Positions 7,824 to 16,520 of a stretch of 29,701 nt of DNA are shown here, piece by piece; position 1 is the stretch's first letter; each line of letters begins with the position of its first letter. The translations under genes were made by a program, and so were the position numbers. The notes below the pieces were generated by a model. That model worked only from the letters and a program-made list of their open reading frames with translations. It made no database searches and was not told where the DNA came from. Source of the stretch: a virus; the UHGV virus genome UHGV-0181887, one strand, 5' to 3'.

Positions 7824-7967
7824 ATAAACGGTCACTTTTTTACCCGCACAATAGTGCGCAAATTTGCACAATAAAATCATTACCGATTTTTGGCGGTAAC
7901 GCCTGTAGTGGTGCTGGTTGGGCGTAGATCTGCAAGTGCACGAAAACACGCGTGATCGTTGCGCGCA

Positions 7968-7986
7968 GGTGACGGGGGGAAAGCCC
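7968..7986. other. Putative cos cohesive-end site
   Basis: GGTGACGGGGGGAAAGCCC resembles the P2/186 19-nt cohesive end as recalled from memory; located between island 1 and portal gene Q as expected for a P2 prophage. Confidence 0.4.
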
Positions 7987-8171
7987 GCGCGGCAGGGTAG
8001 GTAGGGGGATGCCTCAAACATAGGAAAATTGGCGCAATTCTGGCGCGCTGCTGCGTTCTGTGTGTTGTGTGCGGGTAGTGGCGTGTTTAGATGATGAGGT
8101 GCTTAGAATGGCGCTGGCGCGCCGTGTGTTGATGTGATGCGGAGAGCGCCGCCGGGGTGGCGGCGGTGTGG

Positions 8172-9233
8172 TTATTTGATTGATTCAAGCAGGGCGTAAG
8201 GTCTAAAGCGGATCACTTCTTCGCCAAGCCAGTCGTTGACGTGCTTCAGTGCTTCCATTGCTGGCATCAGTTCGTTGATGGCAAACACGCGCGCGGCTTT
8301 CTCCACATCACCGAATGAGCCGTTGCCGTCCGGCATGGCCCCCATCAGTTGCGGTGGTACTCGGTGAGCGGCAAGGATGTCATCACGCGTAGCTGATTTG
8401 ATATTTAAAAACTCATCCTTTGCAGATATCTGGCTGAAGGGCATCAGTTGTACCCCGTCTTTGCCGCCGCCTGGTGCGTGGATCACTACGTTCTTAAATG
8501 CGCCTTTGTTCCTGGCTCCTGCCAGCGTTTGCTGTATCTGTTTTACACCGGCGTCATCTACCTGTGATGTGCCGATGTAAAGAATGCAGCCAGCATGAGA
8601 TCCGTTCTCATAGTACATTTTGCGGAACATATCCGCCGAGTGTGACAGGCTGGCTGACAACAGGGCGCCCATATATTCCGGCATTCCGTAGATTTCCTGA
8701 TGAATATCGGGGTTCAGCACGTGGCAAACTGTGCCGGTTTCAAAGGCGCATTCGTCTTTCCACTGTCTGATAAACCAGTACGTGTCCAGGTCGGTGCCAC
8801 GCCGGGTGTACTTAGCAGGGCAATGGCGAAGCGGTAGCCGCCCGCCTAGCCGGTTCTTTCGTTCTTCAAGGTAGAAGTTGCCAAACACAAACCAGTCAAG
8901 TGCCAGGGCGGAGAACGTCTGGCGAGACAGTAGCGGGTGTGGAATAAAGCATCCCGCCAGCGCGTTGCGCTTGAAGTACAGCGCTGACTGGTGCCAGGAC
9001 GCTTTGCCGAATGAGCGCGCAAGCCCGTACCAGTCCACCGGCGTTTCGTAGTATCTGCCGTTATCGGCGCAATACATATTGTCGAGCAGGTCGTAAGCGT
9101 CAGTGACCTGGTATGGCCCGTCAAAGGTGAAGGCGCTCAGAGCGGGATCGCGCTTCAGCGCTTCGCCAATATCAGCCTGTTGCGCGCCGTCAGTAAGCAT
9201 GGTCATACCGCTTTCATGTGTTGTTGTGTTCAT
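8172..9233 (-). CDS. Q: Portal protein (P2 gpQ-like)
   Basis: 353-aa ORF downstream of and overlapping the terminase gene on the minus strand; size and position match P2 Q. Confidence 0.85.
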   Translation of the reverse strand: MNTTTHESGMTMLTDGAQQADIGEALKRDPALSAFTFDGPYQVTDAYDLLDNMYCADNGRYYETPVDWYGLARSFGKASWHQSALYFKRNALAGCFIPHPLLSRQTFSALALDWFVFGNFYLEERKNRLGGRLPLRHCPAKYTRRGTDLDTYWFIRQWKDECAFETGTVCHVLNPDIHQEIYGMPEYMGALLSASLSHSADMFRKMYYENGSHAGCILYIGTSQVDDAGVKQIQQTLAGARNKGAFKNVVIHAPGGGKDGVQLMPFSQISAKDEFLNIKSATRDDILAAHRVPPQLMGAMPDGNGSFGDVEKAARVFAINELMPAMEALKHVNDWLGEEVIRFRPYALLESIK

Positions 9234-10957
9234 TAAAACTCCATAACGAAACTACCGCCGCCGCCGTTCTCGCGTCCAAGCGGCTCGTTGATGACTGCCA
9301 GCATATTGGCCCAGGCTAAGTCGCCGTGACTGACTCCGCGCGCGCGGTCGGTGTCATAAGTGACTTGTCCGCCGGGGGTGGTGATCTTTCTGACAGCGTT
9401 GAATGCTGACACTAGCGCCTGTTCACTGCGGTCATACTCCCAGCGCCCCGCGCGGATCACCTGTTGCATTTTCAGTACCAGGGTGCGCTTTGATGACAGC
9501 GACATGATGAAACAGACCGCAGCCGGGAAGAACTTTTTGACCAGTTGCCAGACCGCTTCACCGATGCCGGTGCCGTCAATTGCGATGTGTCGAACGTTAT
9601 ATTTCATCGTCAGGTCTTCGATCACTTTGGCCTGTTCTTCAAACTCCATCCCGCGTAGCTGGCGCGTTTCTATCGTGCGGAACTTGCCACCACTGACCAG
9701 GGGAGGGGCAACCACGGAAACAGCGCCGCTGTCACCGTTGCCGCTGCCGCCGTTGGCGTCGTAGCCTATCCAGACTTCACGTTCACCCAGCGGGCGCGGT
9801 GCGTAGGGTTTCCAGTCCTGCCAGTCGTCGTAGCCGTCCGCGCCACACGTCAGTAGCTGATTGAGTGAGAAAACAGCCTCGCCTTCTCTGACGAACTCAC
9901 ACATGTACAGGTTGGTGTATTCGTCCGGGGTATTTTCGTCCTGGATTTCTTCCAGGTCGGTGAACTCCCAGCCGTGGTCGATCACGTCCTTCAGGGTGAC
10001 AATCTGCCGCCAGGTTTTGTCCGGGCATAACAGGCCGCTGTTTAGCGTTTTCCAGCTTGTGTCGAAGTCTACCCGGCTGGACTTGGCCCGCTTCTCATTC
10101 CAGCGCTTGCCAGTCCAGAAGGGGTAGGCTTCGTGGCTTTCGCTCGATGGCGTTGAAAAGTAAGTGCGCGTAAGCCCTTTCAGGGTTGCCATAGCGCCAG
10201 CCACTTTGCGAAGGTTGGCAAAGTTGCCTACCCAGAAAAATTCATCAAAAAACAGGTTGCCGGTGTAACTCTGCGCGGTAGCGGCAGACGTGCCGAGAAA
10301 ATGCAATTCAGCCCCGTTAGACAGCAAAATTTTGTCACCGCCCTTTAGTTCTACGTCTACCTCTTCGGCAATCTTCTGAATGAATCCCCTGAACTGGTGC
10401 GCCTGGCGGCGTGAAGCGGACAGAAAAATCTGGTTGCGTTGGTATCCGTGCTTAACGTCATCCCGCAGCGCCTGTAATAGCGCTTCGCGGGCAAAATACC
10501 AGGTTGCGCCAATCTGGCGACTTTTCAGGATCATGCGGTTTCGTTGCTGGCGCTGTTCAAACCATCCCTGCTGATGCCAGGCCAGAGAGTCCTGAATTTT
10601 TTCCCGCAGCGCGGCGATCTGCGCTTCGGTGAAGTGGTTTTTCTTCTTGCCCGCGCGCGCTTTCTTGAAGGGTTGCGCCGGTTGGCCTTCTGCCAGCTTC
10701 TTCACCTGGCGCGTGAGCGCGTCGATTTCCTTCAGATCGCCGCCGGTCTTTGTTGGTTTCATCGCGATTTGGCATAACCGGGCATCAATAGATTGTGTGA
10801 CGCGCTGAATCGCGGGCGTTTCGTCCCATTCGTCGCGCTTTTTCCACGAATAAACCGTGTTCTGACTGATACCCATCAGGCGTGCGATCTCTGCTGGCGG
10901 GTAGCCCTGCCAGTAAAGCTGCTTTGCTCTCTGTCTTACAAATGCGTCCTGGATCAT
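9233..10957 (-). CDS. P: Terminase large (ATPase) subunit (P2 gpP-like)
   Basis: Start placed at ATG 10957 with GAGAGGA 6 nt upstream (the track ORF extends to a TTG at 11041); Walker-A-like KSRQIGAT; divergent from O. Confidence 0.85.
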   Translation of the reverse strand: MIQDAFVRQRAKQLYWQGYPPAEIARLMGISQNTVYSWKKRDEWDETPAIQRVTQSIDARLCQIAMKPTKTGGDLKEIDALTRQVKKLAEGQPAQPFKKARAGKKKNHFTEAQIAALREKIQDSLAWHQQGWFEQRQQRNRMILKSRQIGATWYFAREALLQALRDDVKHGYQRNQIFLSASRRQAHQFRGFIQKIAEEVDVELKGGDKILLSNGAELHFLGTSAATAQSYTGNLFFDEFFWVGNFANLRKVAGAMATLKGLTRTYFSTPSSESHEAYPFWTGKRWNEKRAKSSRVDFDTSWKTLNSGLLCPDKTWRQIVTLKDVIDHGWEFTDLEEIQDENTPDEYTNLYMCEFVREGEAVFSLNQLLTCGADGYDDWQDWKPYAPRPLGEREVWIGYDANGGSGNGDSGAVSVVAPPLVSGGKFRTIETRQLRGMEFEEQAKVIEDLTMKYNVRHIAIDGTGIGEAVWQLVKKFFPAAVCFIMSLSSKRTLVLKMQQVIRAGRWEYDRSEQALVSAFNAVRKITTPGGQVTYDTDRARGVSHGDLAWANMLAVINEPLGRENGGGGSFVMEF

Positions 10958-11020
10958 GCGGTGTCCTCTCGTTTCGATGGAGAGATTAACCCGCGCGCGT
11001 GGGCTGTTCCCGCTGTTTGG

Positions 11021-11049
11021 GTTGTGGGCCGTCTCTGACAACTAAAACG
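11021..11049. promoter_or_regulatory. Late-promoter activator site (Ogr box TGT-N12-ACA) in the divergent P/O region
   Basis: TGT 11023-11025, 12-nt spacer, ACA 11038-11040; extended element GTTGTG-N5-TCTCTGACAACTAAAACG shared with 28195-28223. Confidence 0.6.
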
Positions 11050-11113
11050 CGTTGAGACAATGACTTAGCAACTGACATCATGGAAAAACAGAAACCAACC
11101 GGCAGGAAAGAAC

Positions 11114-11953
11114 ATGAGTGAAACCAGCAAACCTACCCGGAAGAAATTCCGCGTTGCCGTCTCCGGTGCCACCGTTGACGGTCGCGAAATTCGACCAGAT
11201 CACCTCCGTGATGCTGCCGCGAGCTATAGCCAGGACGTTTACGGCGCTCGCGTGAATGTTGAACATTATCTCTCGCCTTATCCAGGCAGTGATTTTGGTG
11301 CGATGGGGGATGTTACGGCGCTTAGCGCTGAGGACATTACTGAAGGTCCGCTAGCAGGGCGCACTGCGTTATATGCGGAAATTGAACCGTCAGCGCAAAT
11401 GAAAGCGCTGACAGATGCCGGTAAGAAAGTCTATTCCAGTATTGAATTGCACCCGCAATTTGCACTGAACGGTAAGGCCTACATTGTCGGCCTGGCGATG
11501 ACTGATACCCCGGCAAGTCTGGGTACTGATCGCCTGAAGTTTGCGGCCCAGCAGCGCCAGCAGGTGCAGGCATTCAATAAACAGCAGGGCGAAAGCGCGA
11601 TGTTCTCTGACGCCATTGAAGCGGAAGTGATCGAACTGGCTGAGCAGCGAAGTGATGAAGGCAGCAAGTGGTTTAGCCGCATGAAGGAAATTCTGACCAA
11701 AAACCATAAAACCGACAGCGAGCAATTCAGCCAGGTGCGCGAAGTGGTTGAAGGTGTCGCCACGTCTCAGGCGGGCCTTATCGATCAGGTGGTGGAACTG
11801 AGAAGCCAGCGCGCTGACGACGCAAAGGAAATTCAGAAGTTGACCAGCGAACTGACCGACCTGAAAAACACACTGGCAAAGCAGGACGCCAGCACTTTCA
11901 GCCGCCAGCCCGCACAGGGCGGTAACACCGGCGTCGAACAAGCCGATTACTAA
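11114..11953 (+). CDS. O: Capsid scaffolding protein (P2 gpO-like)
   Basis: 279-aa ORF, first gene of the rightward late operon, followed by the major capsid protein; size matches P2 O. Confidence 0.85.
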   Translation: MSETSKPTRKKFRVAVSGATVDGREIRPDHLRDAAASYSQDVYGARVNVEHYLSPYPGSDFGAMGDVTALSAEDITEGPLAGRTALYAEIEPSAQMKALTDAGKKVYSSIELHPQFALNGKAYIVGLAMTDTPASLGTDRLKFAAQQRQQVQAFNKQQGESAMFSDAIEAEVIELAEQRSDEGSKWFSRMKEILTKNHKTDSEQFSQVREVVEGVATSQAGLIDQVVELRSQRADDAKEIQKLTSELTDLKNTLAKQDASTFSRQPAQGGNTGVEQADY

Positions 11954-11976
11954 CCACGCAAGCGAGAATAAAACAC

Positions 11977-13062
11977 ATGGAAAACAGTACCCGCGTACTT
12001 TTTAACGGCTATATCGATCGCCAAGCCAACTTAAATGGCGTGCGCTCTGATGATGTCGCCAAGTCCTTCAGCGTTGAACCGGCTGTGCAGCAGCGTATGG
12101 AAGCCGCTTCAATGGAAAGCGATGATTTTCTGAAGAAAATTAACGTATTCCCGGTAAAAGCCCAGGAAGGCCAAAAAATCCTGATTGGTAGCAAAGGCCC
12201 GATCGCCAGTACCAACAACAGCAGCGACGGCACCTCCCGCCGTAACCCTGTAGACAATCACTCTAAAGAGTCGAGCGACTACCGTTGCCGCAAAACAAAC
12301 TACGACTCCGCTGTGAGTTATTCGCAGTTGGACGCCTGGTCTATGCAGCCTAATTTCCAGTCATTGATCAGCGAAGCAAACGCCCGCCAGATTGCGCTGG
12401 ACCGCATTATGATTGGTTTTAACGGTACGTCTTACGCGGATGTGTCTGACCGTGCAGCCAATCCACTGTTGCAGGATTGCGGCGTTGGCTGGCTTCAGAA
12501 AATCCGCAATGACGCCCCGCACCGCATCATCAGCAAGGTCACGCTGACTGCGCGCGATGAAGACAACAAAATTGTCGCCAAAGGTACTTATGGCAACCTG
12601 GACGCGGCTGTTTTTGACGCCAAAAACACGCTGTTGGATTCGTGGCACCGCAAAGCGCCTGACCTGGTTGTGATCTTGTCTTCTGATCTGTTGACCAGTA
12701 GCTATTTCCCGAAACTGAACGCCCTGAGCCAGACCAACCCGAACAGCGAATTGATCGCGGCACAGTTGATTGTGTCCAGTGAAAAAGTTGGCGGTCTGCC
12801 GGTGGTCTTCGCACCGTACATGCCTGATGACTGTGTGCTGATCACGTCGCTGAAAAACCTCTCTGTGTATTACCAGTTGGGCGCACTGCGTCGAACCATC
12901 AAAGAGGAACCGCAATATAACCGCGTGGCTAACTACCAGTCCTCAAACGATGACTTCGTTGTAGAAGACTACGGCAAATGCGCATTCATTGACGGGATCA
13001 CCTTTGCGGAGGCCGCCCCGGAAACGCAATCCGCAGAATCTGAAGAGAACGCGGGCGCGTAA
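11977..13062 (+). CDS. N: Major capsid protein (P2 gpN-like)
   Basis: 361-aa ORF between scaffold and small terminase; size and position as P2 N. Confidence 0.85.
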   Translation: MENSTRVLFNGYIDRQANLNGVRSDDVAKSFSVEPAVQQRMEAASMESDDFLKKINVFPVKAQEGQKILIGSKGPIASTNNSSDGTSRRNPVDNHSKESSDYRCRKTNYDSAVSYSQLDAWSMQPNFQSLISEANARQIALDRIMIGFNGTSYADVSDRAANPLLQDCGVGWLQKIRNDAPHRIISKVTLTARDEDNKIVAKGTYGNLDAAVFDAKNTLLDSWHRKAPDLVVILSSDLLTSSYFPKLNALSQTNPNSELIAAQLIVSSEKVGGLPVVFAPYMPDDCVLITSLKNLSVYYQLGALRRTIKEEPQYNRVANYQSSNDDFVVEDYGKCAFIDGITFAEAAPETQSAESEENAGA

Positions 13063-13070
13063 CTGAAATT

Positions 13071-13090
13071 GCGGGCGCTTAGGCGCCCGC
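13071..13090 (+). other. Perfect stem-loop immediately after the major capsid gene
   Basis: GCGGGCGC-TTAG-GCGCCCGC (8-bp stem), no T-tail; likely mRNA 3' stabiliser or partial terminator. Confidence 0.45.
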
Positions 13091-13105
13091 CACCAGGAGA
13101 CACAG

Positions 13106-13930
13106 ATGTTAACCCCAGCGCAAAAACACTATCAGCAAGTGATGGCTGATCGACGCGGAGAAAGCGCCGCACAACATAGCGTTGTACGTACCGCGCATGA
13201 GCAAATTTTGCATCGTCTACGCCTCGATCAGGCCTCTCTTAAGGCGGTGCAGTCTACTGAAACAAAAGCTGTGATGAAGCGTGACATGTTGCCGAATTAC
13301 CAGGGCTGGATTGATGGGACTCTGGAGGGTGACAGCGGGCGACAGGATGAAGTGATCACCACGATGATGCTATGGGCGATCGACTGCCAGGACTACCCGC
13401 AAGCGCTGAAGATTGGGCGCTATGTGGTGAAGCATGGCCTGTCTATGCGTGACGATTTCAAACGTACTGCGCCGGTGATGCTGGCTGAAGAAATCAGTAA
13501 CCAGGCGCTGAACGTGGCGACGACTGACGCTGAGGCGGATATGTCGGCTTATATCACCGTGCTGGATGACCTGGCGGAGATTGTCGCCGGGGCTGATATG
13601 CCGGATGAAGTGCAATCCAAACTCTGCAAGGCCCGCGCCTTCTCGCGCCGTGGAACGGCTGACAATGAGACAAAAGGCGAAGCGCTAAAACTGTTTCGCC
13701 GTGCGACGGAACTGAACCCCGCAGCGGGCGTGAAACGTGAAATGCAGTCTATTTCACGCGAATTGAAGAAGCTGGCGGCCCCGCAACCGGAAGCGACAGC
13801 ACAACCGGAGCCTGTGCCGGTTGTCGCAGAGAAGAAAACCCAACGTAAGCCGAGCGCGGATAAAGCTGCGAAACCGGCAGCAAAAAAACGCGCACCGCGT
13901 AAAACGGCGAAAGATAAAAAAGAATCTTAA
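13106..13930 (+). CDS. M: Terminase small / endonuclease subunit (P2 gpM-like)
   Basis: 274-aa ORF with basic Lys/Ala/Pro-rich C-terminal tail; position after N as in P2. Confidence 0.8.
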   Translation: MLTPAQKHYQQVMADRRGESAAQHSVVRTAHEQILHRLRLDQASLKAVQSTETKAVMKRDMLPNYQGWIDGTLEGDSGRQDEVITTMMLWAIDCQDYPQALKIGRYVVKHGLSMRDDFKRTAPVMLAEEISNQALNVATTDAEADMSAYITVLDDLAEIVAGADMPDEVQSKLCKARAFSRRGTADNETKGEALKLFRRATELNPAAGVKREMQSISRELKKLAAPQPEATAQPEPVPVVAEKKTQRKPSADKAAKPAAKKRAPRKTAKDKKES

Positions 13931-13947
13931 CGACTTCGGCCCCGACC

Positions 13948-14016
13948 GACAGGAGGCACACGCGGAGATCTGCACGTAACTGGTCTTTTCACCGCGTGTC
14001 CACCTCCTGACTTTTT
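13948..14016 (+). other. Long imperfect hairpin with T-tail between M and L (intra-operon attenuator candidate)
   Basis: Arms GACAGGAGGCACACGCGG (13948-13965) and CCGCGTGTCCACCTCCTG (13992-14009) followed by ACTTTTT, then AAGGAG RBS for L. Confidence 0.4.
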
Positions 14017-14027
14017 AAGGAGCGCTC

Positions 14028-14525
14028 ATGAGTAGCCTGATAGCGACAAAAACGCCGTTTCCGGCTGGCAGTGACGTAACTGATGTTGATGACGGTGATT
14101 CCACGGTAACGGCGGGAAGTTTCTGGCCTGTCATTAACCTGAAGGATTTACGCCTTGCCGCGCGTATTACCGGCGGCGTCACTACTTCGCGACTGATGCA
14201 CGTTACTACTGAAGCCGTGGGACACGTCATCGAGCAACTTGAAGAGTGGCAGATCAATCAGCAGGGGCTGGGCTATGAGGCGCTGAAGAACGTGCCCGCC
14301 GTGGAGATAAACGGCGAGAGCGTGAAGGTGTACCGCTACCGTCGTGCGGTTTATTCCATTGCCCGCGCCCTGGTGATTGAAGGTTACCGGGACGTTGATA
14401 CCACGCCAAAAGGCGACAAAGACGCCGCCGCGCTGGATTTGCAGCGCGAAGACCTCTGGCGTGATGCGCGCTGGGGTATTGCAGACATCCAGCGCAAGCC
14501 GCGCGTTTATGCGGAGTTGTGCTGA
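14028..14525 (+). CDS. L: Head completion / stabilisation protein (P2 gpL-like)
   Basis: 165-aa ORF; position and size as P2 L (169 aa). Confidence 0.8.
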   Translation: MSSLIATKTPFPAGSDVTDVDDGDSTVTAGSFWPVINLKDLRLAARITGGVTTSRLMHVTTEAVGHVIEQLEEWQINQQGLGYEALKNVPAVEINGESVKVYRYRRAVYSIARALVIEGYRDVDTTPKGDKDAAALDLQREDLWRDARWGIADIQRKPRVYAELC

Positions 14526-14725
14526 TGAAGGTCACCGCGTTACAGGGCGATACGCTGGATCAGCTATGCCACCGGCACTACGGAAAAACCAAAGGCGTTA
14601 CTGAAGAAGTATTGACCGCCAATCCGGGGCTGAGTGGGCAGGTTTTTTTAAACGCAGGGCAGGTGGTTGAAATGCCGGACATTGATACCCAGCCCGCACA
14701 AGAGATGGTGCAGTTATGGAGCTAA
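14525..14725 (+). CDS. X: Tail protein X (P2 gpX-like)
   Basis: 66 aa from ATG 14525 overlapping the L stop (ATGA); size and position match P2 X. Confidence 0.75.
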   Translation: MKVTALQGDTLDQLCHRHYGKTKGVTEEVLTANPGLSGQVFLNAGQVVEMPDIDTQPAQEMVQLWS

Positions 14726-15012
14726 ATTCGTTTCACCGTTTATGGGACTGGGTTACCTGGATTTCTTCATCCATCAGCGTTGGTGTTGGTGTGATGACGT
14801 GGAATGAAAAGTTGGGGGTTGCCGGTGTTGTTTTGGGTGCCCTGTCAGGCTGGCGCGCCTGGGTACATCGTGCGCGGGTGGAGAAGGCACAGGCCCGCCG
14901 AAACTCACTGATTGAGCAAATTCTTGATCAGGCTGAGCGCCGGGGGCTTACCGATTTTGAGCGGGTGAAGCTGGCGCAATTCCAGGCGGGTGACGATGAA
15001 GACGGTTATTAA
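14716..15012 (+). CDS. Y: Holin (P2 gpY position; two predicted TM segments)
   Basis: 98 aa with hydrophobic segments VTWISSSISVGVGVM and LGVAGVVLGALSGW and a charged C-terminus; immediately upstream of the endolysin. Confidence 0.75.
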   Translation: MELNSFHRLWDWVTWISSSISVGVGVMTWNEKLGVAGVVLGALSGWRAWVHRARVEKAQARRNSLIEQILDQAERRGLTDFERVKLAQFQAGDDEDGY

Positions 15013-15538
15013 GCGTTGCTCCATCGCCGTGATTGTTGCCCTGGGCTTATCAATGTCGCCCGATGCGCTGAGAACGTCGCTGGAAGCACAACAAAAAATA
15101 GCCTCCTGGGAAGACTGCCGTAACACGCCTTATTACTGTACCGCCGGAGTGTTGACCGTGGGGATCGGCTCCACCGGTGGTGTGGAAAAACGCGAGTATA
15201 GCAACGCTGAAGTAGCGCGCCGGTGGGTTAGTGATATGCAGCATTCTGAACGCTGCGTAAACCAGAACTTCAACGGCGAAGCGATGCCGCAAAAGGTGTT
15301 CGAAAGCATGGTTGATGGCGGGCTGAATGTGGGTTGTACGGGCCTGATGTGGTTTACCGATAAACAGGGCCGCAAACAGCGTACAACCATCTGGAAAAAT
15401 GCCCAGGCTCACAACTGGGGCGGCGTTTGTGATCGCTTAACTGACTTTGTAAACAGTGCCGGTAAGCGCTCGCAAGGGCTGGTCAATCGGCGCACTGACT
15501 TTCAGGCGTGGTGCCGGATGGATGCGGGGGCGCAATGA
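14990..15538 (+). CDS. K: Endolysin, T4-lysozyme-type, with N-terminal signal-anchor-like segment (P2 gpK position)
   Basis: Motif WEDCRNTPYYCTAGVLTVGIGST matching the E-x8-(D/C)-x5-T catalytic pattern; N-terminal CSIAVIVALGLSMSP hydrophobic stretch. Confidence 0.8.
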   Translation: MTMKTVIKRCSIAVIVALGLSMSPDALRTSLEAQQKIASWEDCRNTPYYCTAGVLTVGIGSTGGVEKREYSNAEVARRWVSDMQHSERCVNQNFNGEAMPQKVFESMVDGGLNVGCTGLMWFTDKQGRKQRTTIWKNAQAHNWGGVCDRLTDFVNSAGKRSQGLVNRRTDFQAWCRMDAGAQ

Positions 15539-15909
15539 AAGCAGTTTTATGGGGTTTGGTGTTAGCCGCTCTTACTTACGGGGCCGGGTATTACCGGGGA
15601 TATACAAGCGGCGTGGCGGATGACAACGAACAGAAGTTACAGCGCATGTTTGATGAAAGTGAAGCCGTGATAGGTGAAATGCGTGATCTGTCTGCTGATG
15701 CGCGGGCGGTGCTGGCTGAGGCCAAAAAAGCGGAACAAACACGCAACCTGGCGGGTGAAGAACGCCGTAAAAACATAACTGAGGGGATGCGTGATGATTC
15801 GTGTGCCGGTGCTCTTGCTCCTGTTGCTGTCAGTGATGGGTTGCTCAGGAAAAATCAGAGTTCAAACGCGGTTGATTCACGAGCCGATACCGGAAAGCCT
15901 GACCGATGA
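15535..15909 (+). CDS. lysB: Inner-membrane spanin (Rz-like, P2 LysB position)
   Basis: ATG 15535 overlaps the K stop; N-terminal TM (AVLWGLVLAALTYGAGYY) then charged coiled-coil-like region. Confidence 0.7.
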   Translation: MKAVLWGLVLAALTYGAGYYRGYTSGVADDNEQKLQRMFDESEAVIGEMRDLSADARAVLAEAKKAEQTRNLAGEERRKNITEGMRDDSCAGALAPVAVSDGLLRKNQSSNAVDSRADTGKPDR

Positions 15910-16081
15910 AACGCCCACGCCGGAACTGAAAACGCCGGTGACGTGGGGCGGCATTGCGATTTGGGCCGATCAGTTGCATGACGCGCTTGATACCTGCAAT
16001 GCGGATAAGAGTGATATCCGGGCGCTAAATCTGTTGCGCCTGGCACGCCAGAGGGGAGGGGAACCACATGCTGAAAATTAA
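15794..16081 (+). CDS. lysC: Outer-membrane lipoprotein spanin (Rz1-like, P2 LysC position), overlapping the 3' end of lysB in another frame
   Basis: ATG 15794 with GAGGGGA RBS; signal peptide with lipobox LSVMGC; Pro-rich mature region. Confidence 0.7.
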   Translation: MIRVPVLLLLLLSVMGCSGKIRVQTRLIHEPIPESLTDETPTPELKTPVTWGGIAIWADQLHDALDTCNADKSDIRALNLLRLARQRGGEPHAEN

Positions 16082-16520
16082 CTCATTACGTAGCGCGCTC
16101 ACCAGGGCTAATCCGTGGTGTCGTGCCAACCCTGAAGCCTTCAGCGTTTTTATTGAATCCGGGCATGTTGAGACGACCGGCGAAACGGCTGACTTTGTTT
16201 ACGCCTATACGCTGTGTCTCTTTGTGATGAATTTTGCCGGTGATCTGGATGATTTCACGTTGCCGCTGATGGCCTGGCTGTGGCAGGAACAGCCGCAACT
16301 GTTGCTGAACCCGGAGAAGAACAAAGAAATTAAGTTCACAACGGCAATCAATAATGACGATACCGCCGATCTGTTTTTTGAACTGCCTATTAGTGAACGC
16401 GTGATTGTATCGCGTGATGAAGCCGGGAAGCTGACCGGAAAGCATAAGCCGGAACCCCGCCCGCGCATGATGCCAGAGTGGGGCGCGATGTTGAGCGAAC
16501 CAGGGAGTGACAACCCATGA
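16068..16520 (+). CDS. R: Tail completion protein (P2 gpR-like)
   Basis: 150-aa ORF; position and size match P2 R (155 aa). Confidence 0.75.
   Translation: MLKINSLRSALTRANPWCRANPEAFSVFIESGHVETTGETADFVYAYTLCLFVMNFAGDLDDFTLPLMAWLWQEQPQLLLNPEKNKEIKFTTAINNDDTADLFFELPISERVIVSRDEAGKLTGKHKPEPRPRMMPEWGAMLSEPGSDNP

Noticed and set aside
7707-8021. 104-aa minus-strand track ORF spanning the cos region
   Set aside because: Crosses the putative cos site and non-coding promoter region; only its last 11 codons are preceded by a ribosome-binding site, so only the short leader ORF is retained.
10958-11041. N-terminal extension of terminase P from a TTG at 11041
   Set aside because: No RBS, overlaps the late-promoter element; ATG 10957 has GAGAGGA at ideal spacing.
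12361-12915. 184-aa antisense ORF inside the major capsid gene N
   Set aside because: Opposite-strand overlap with a highly conserved structural gene; Arg/Gln-rich low-complexity translation typical of antisense reading of GC-rich DNA.
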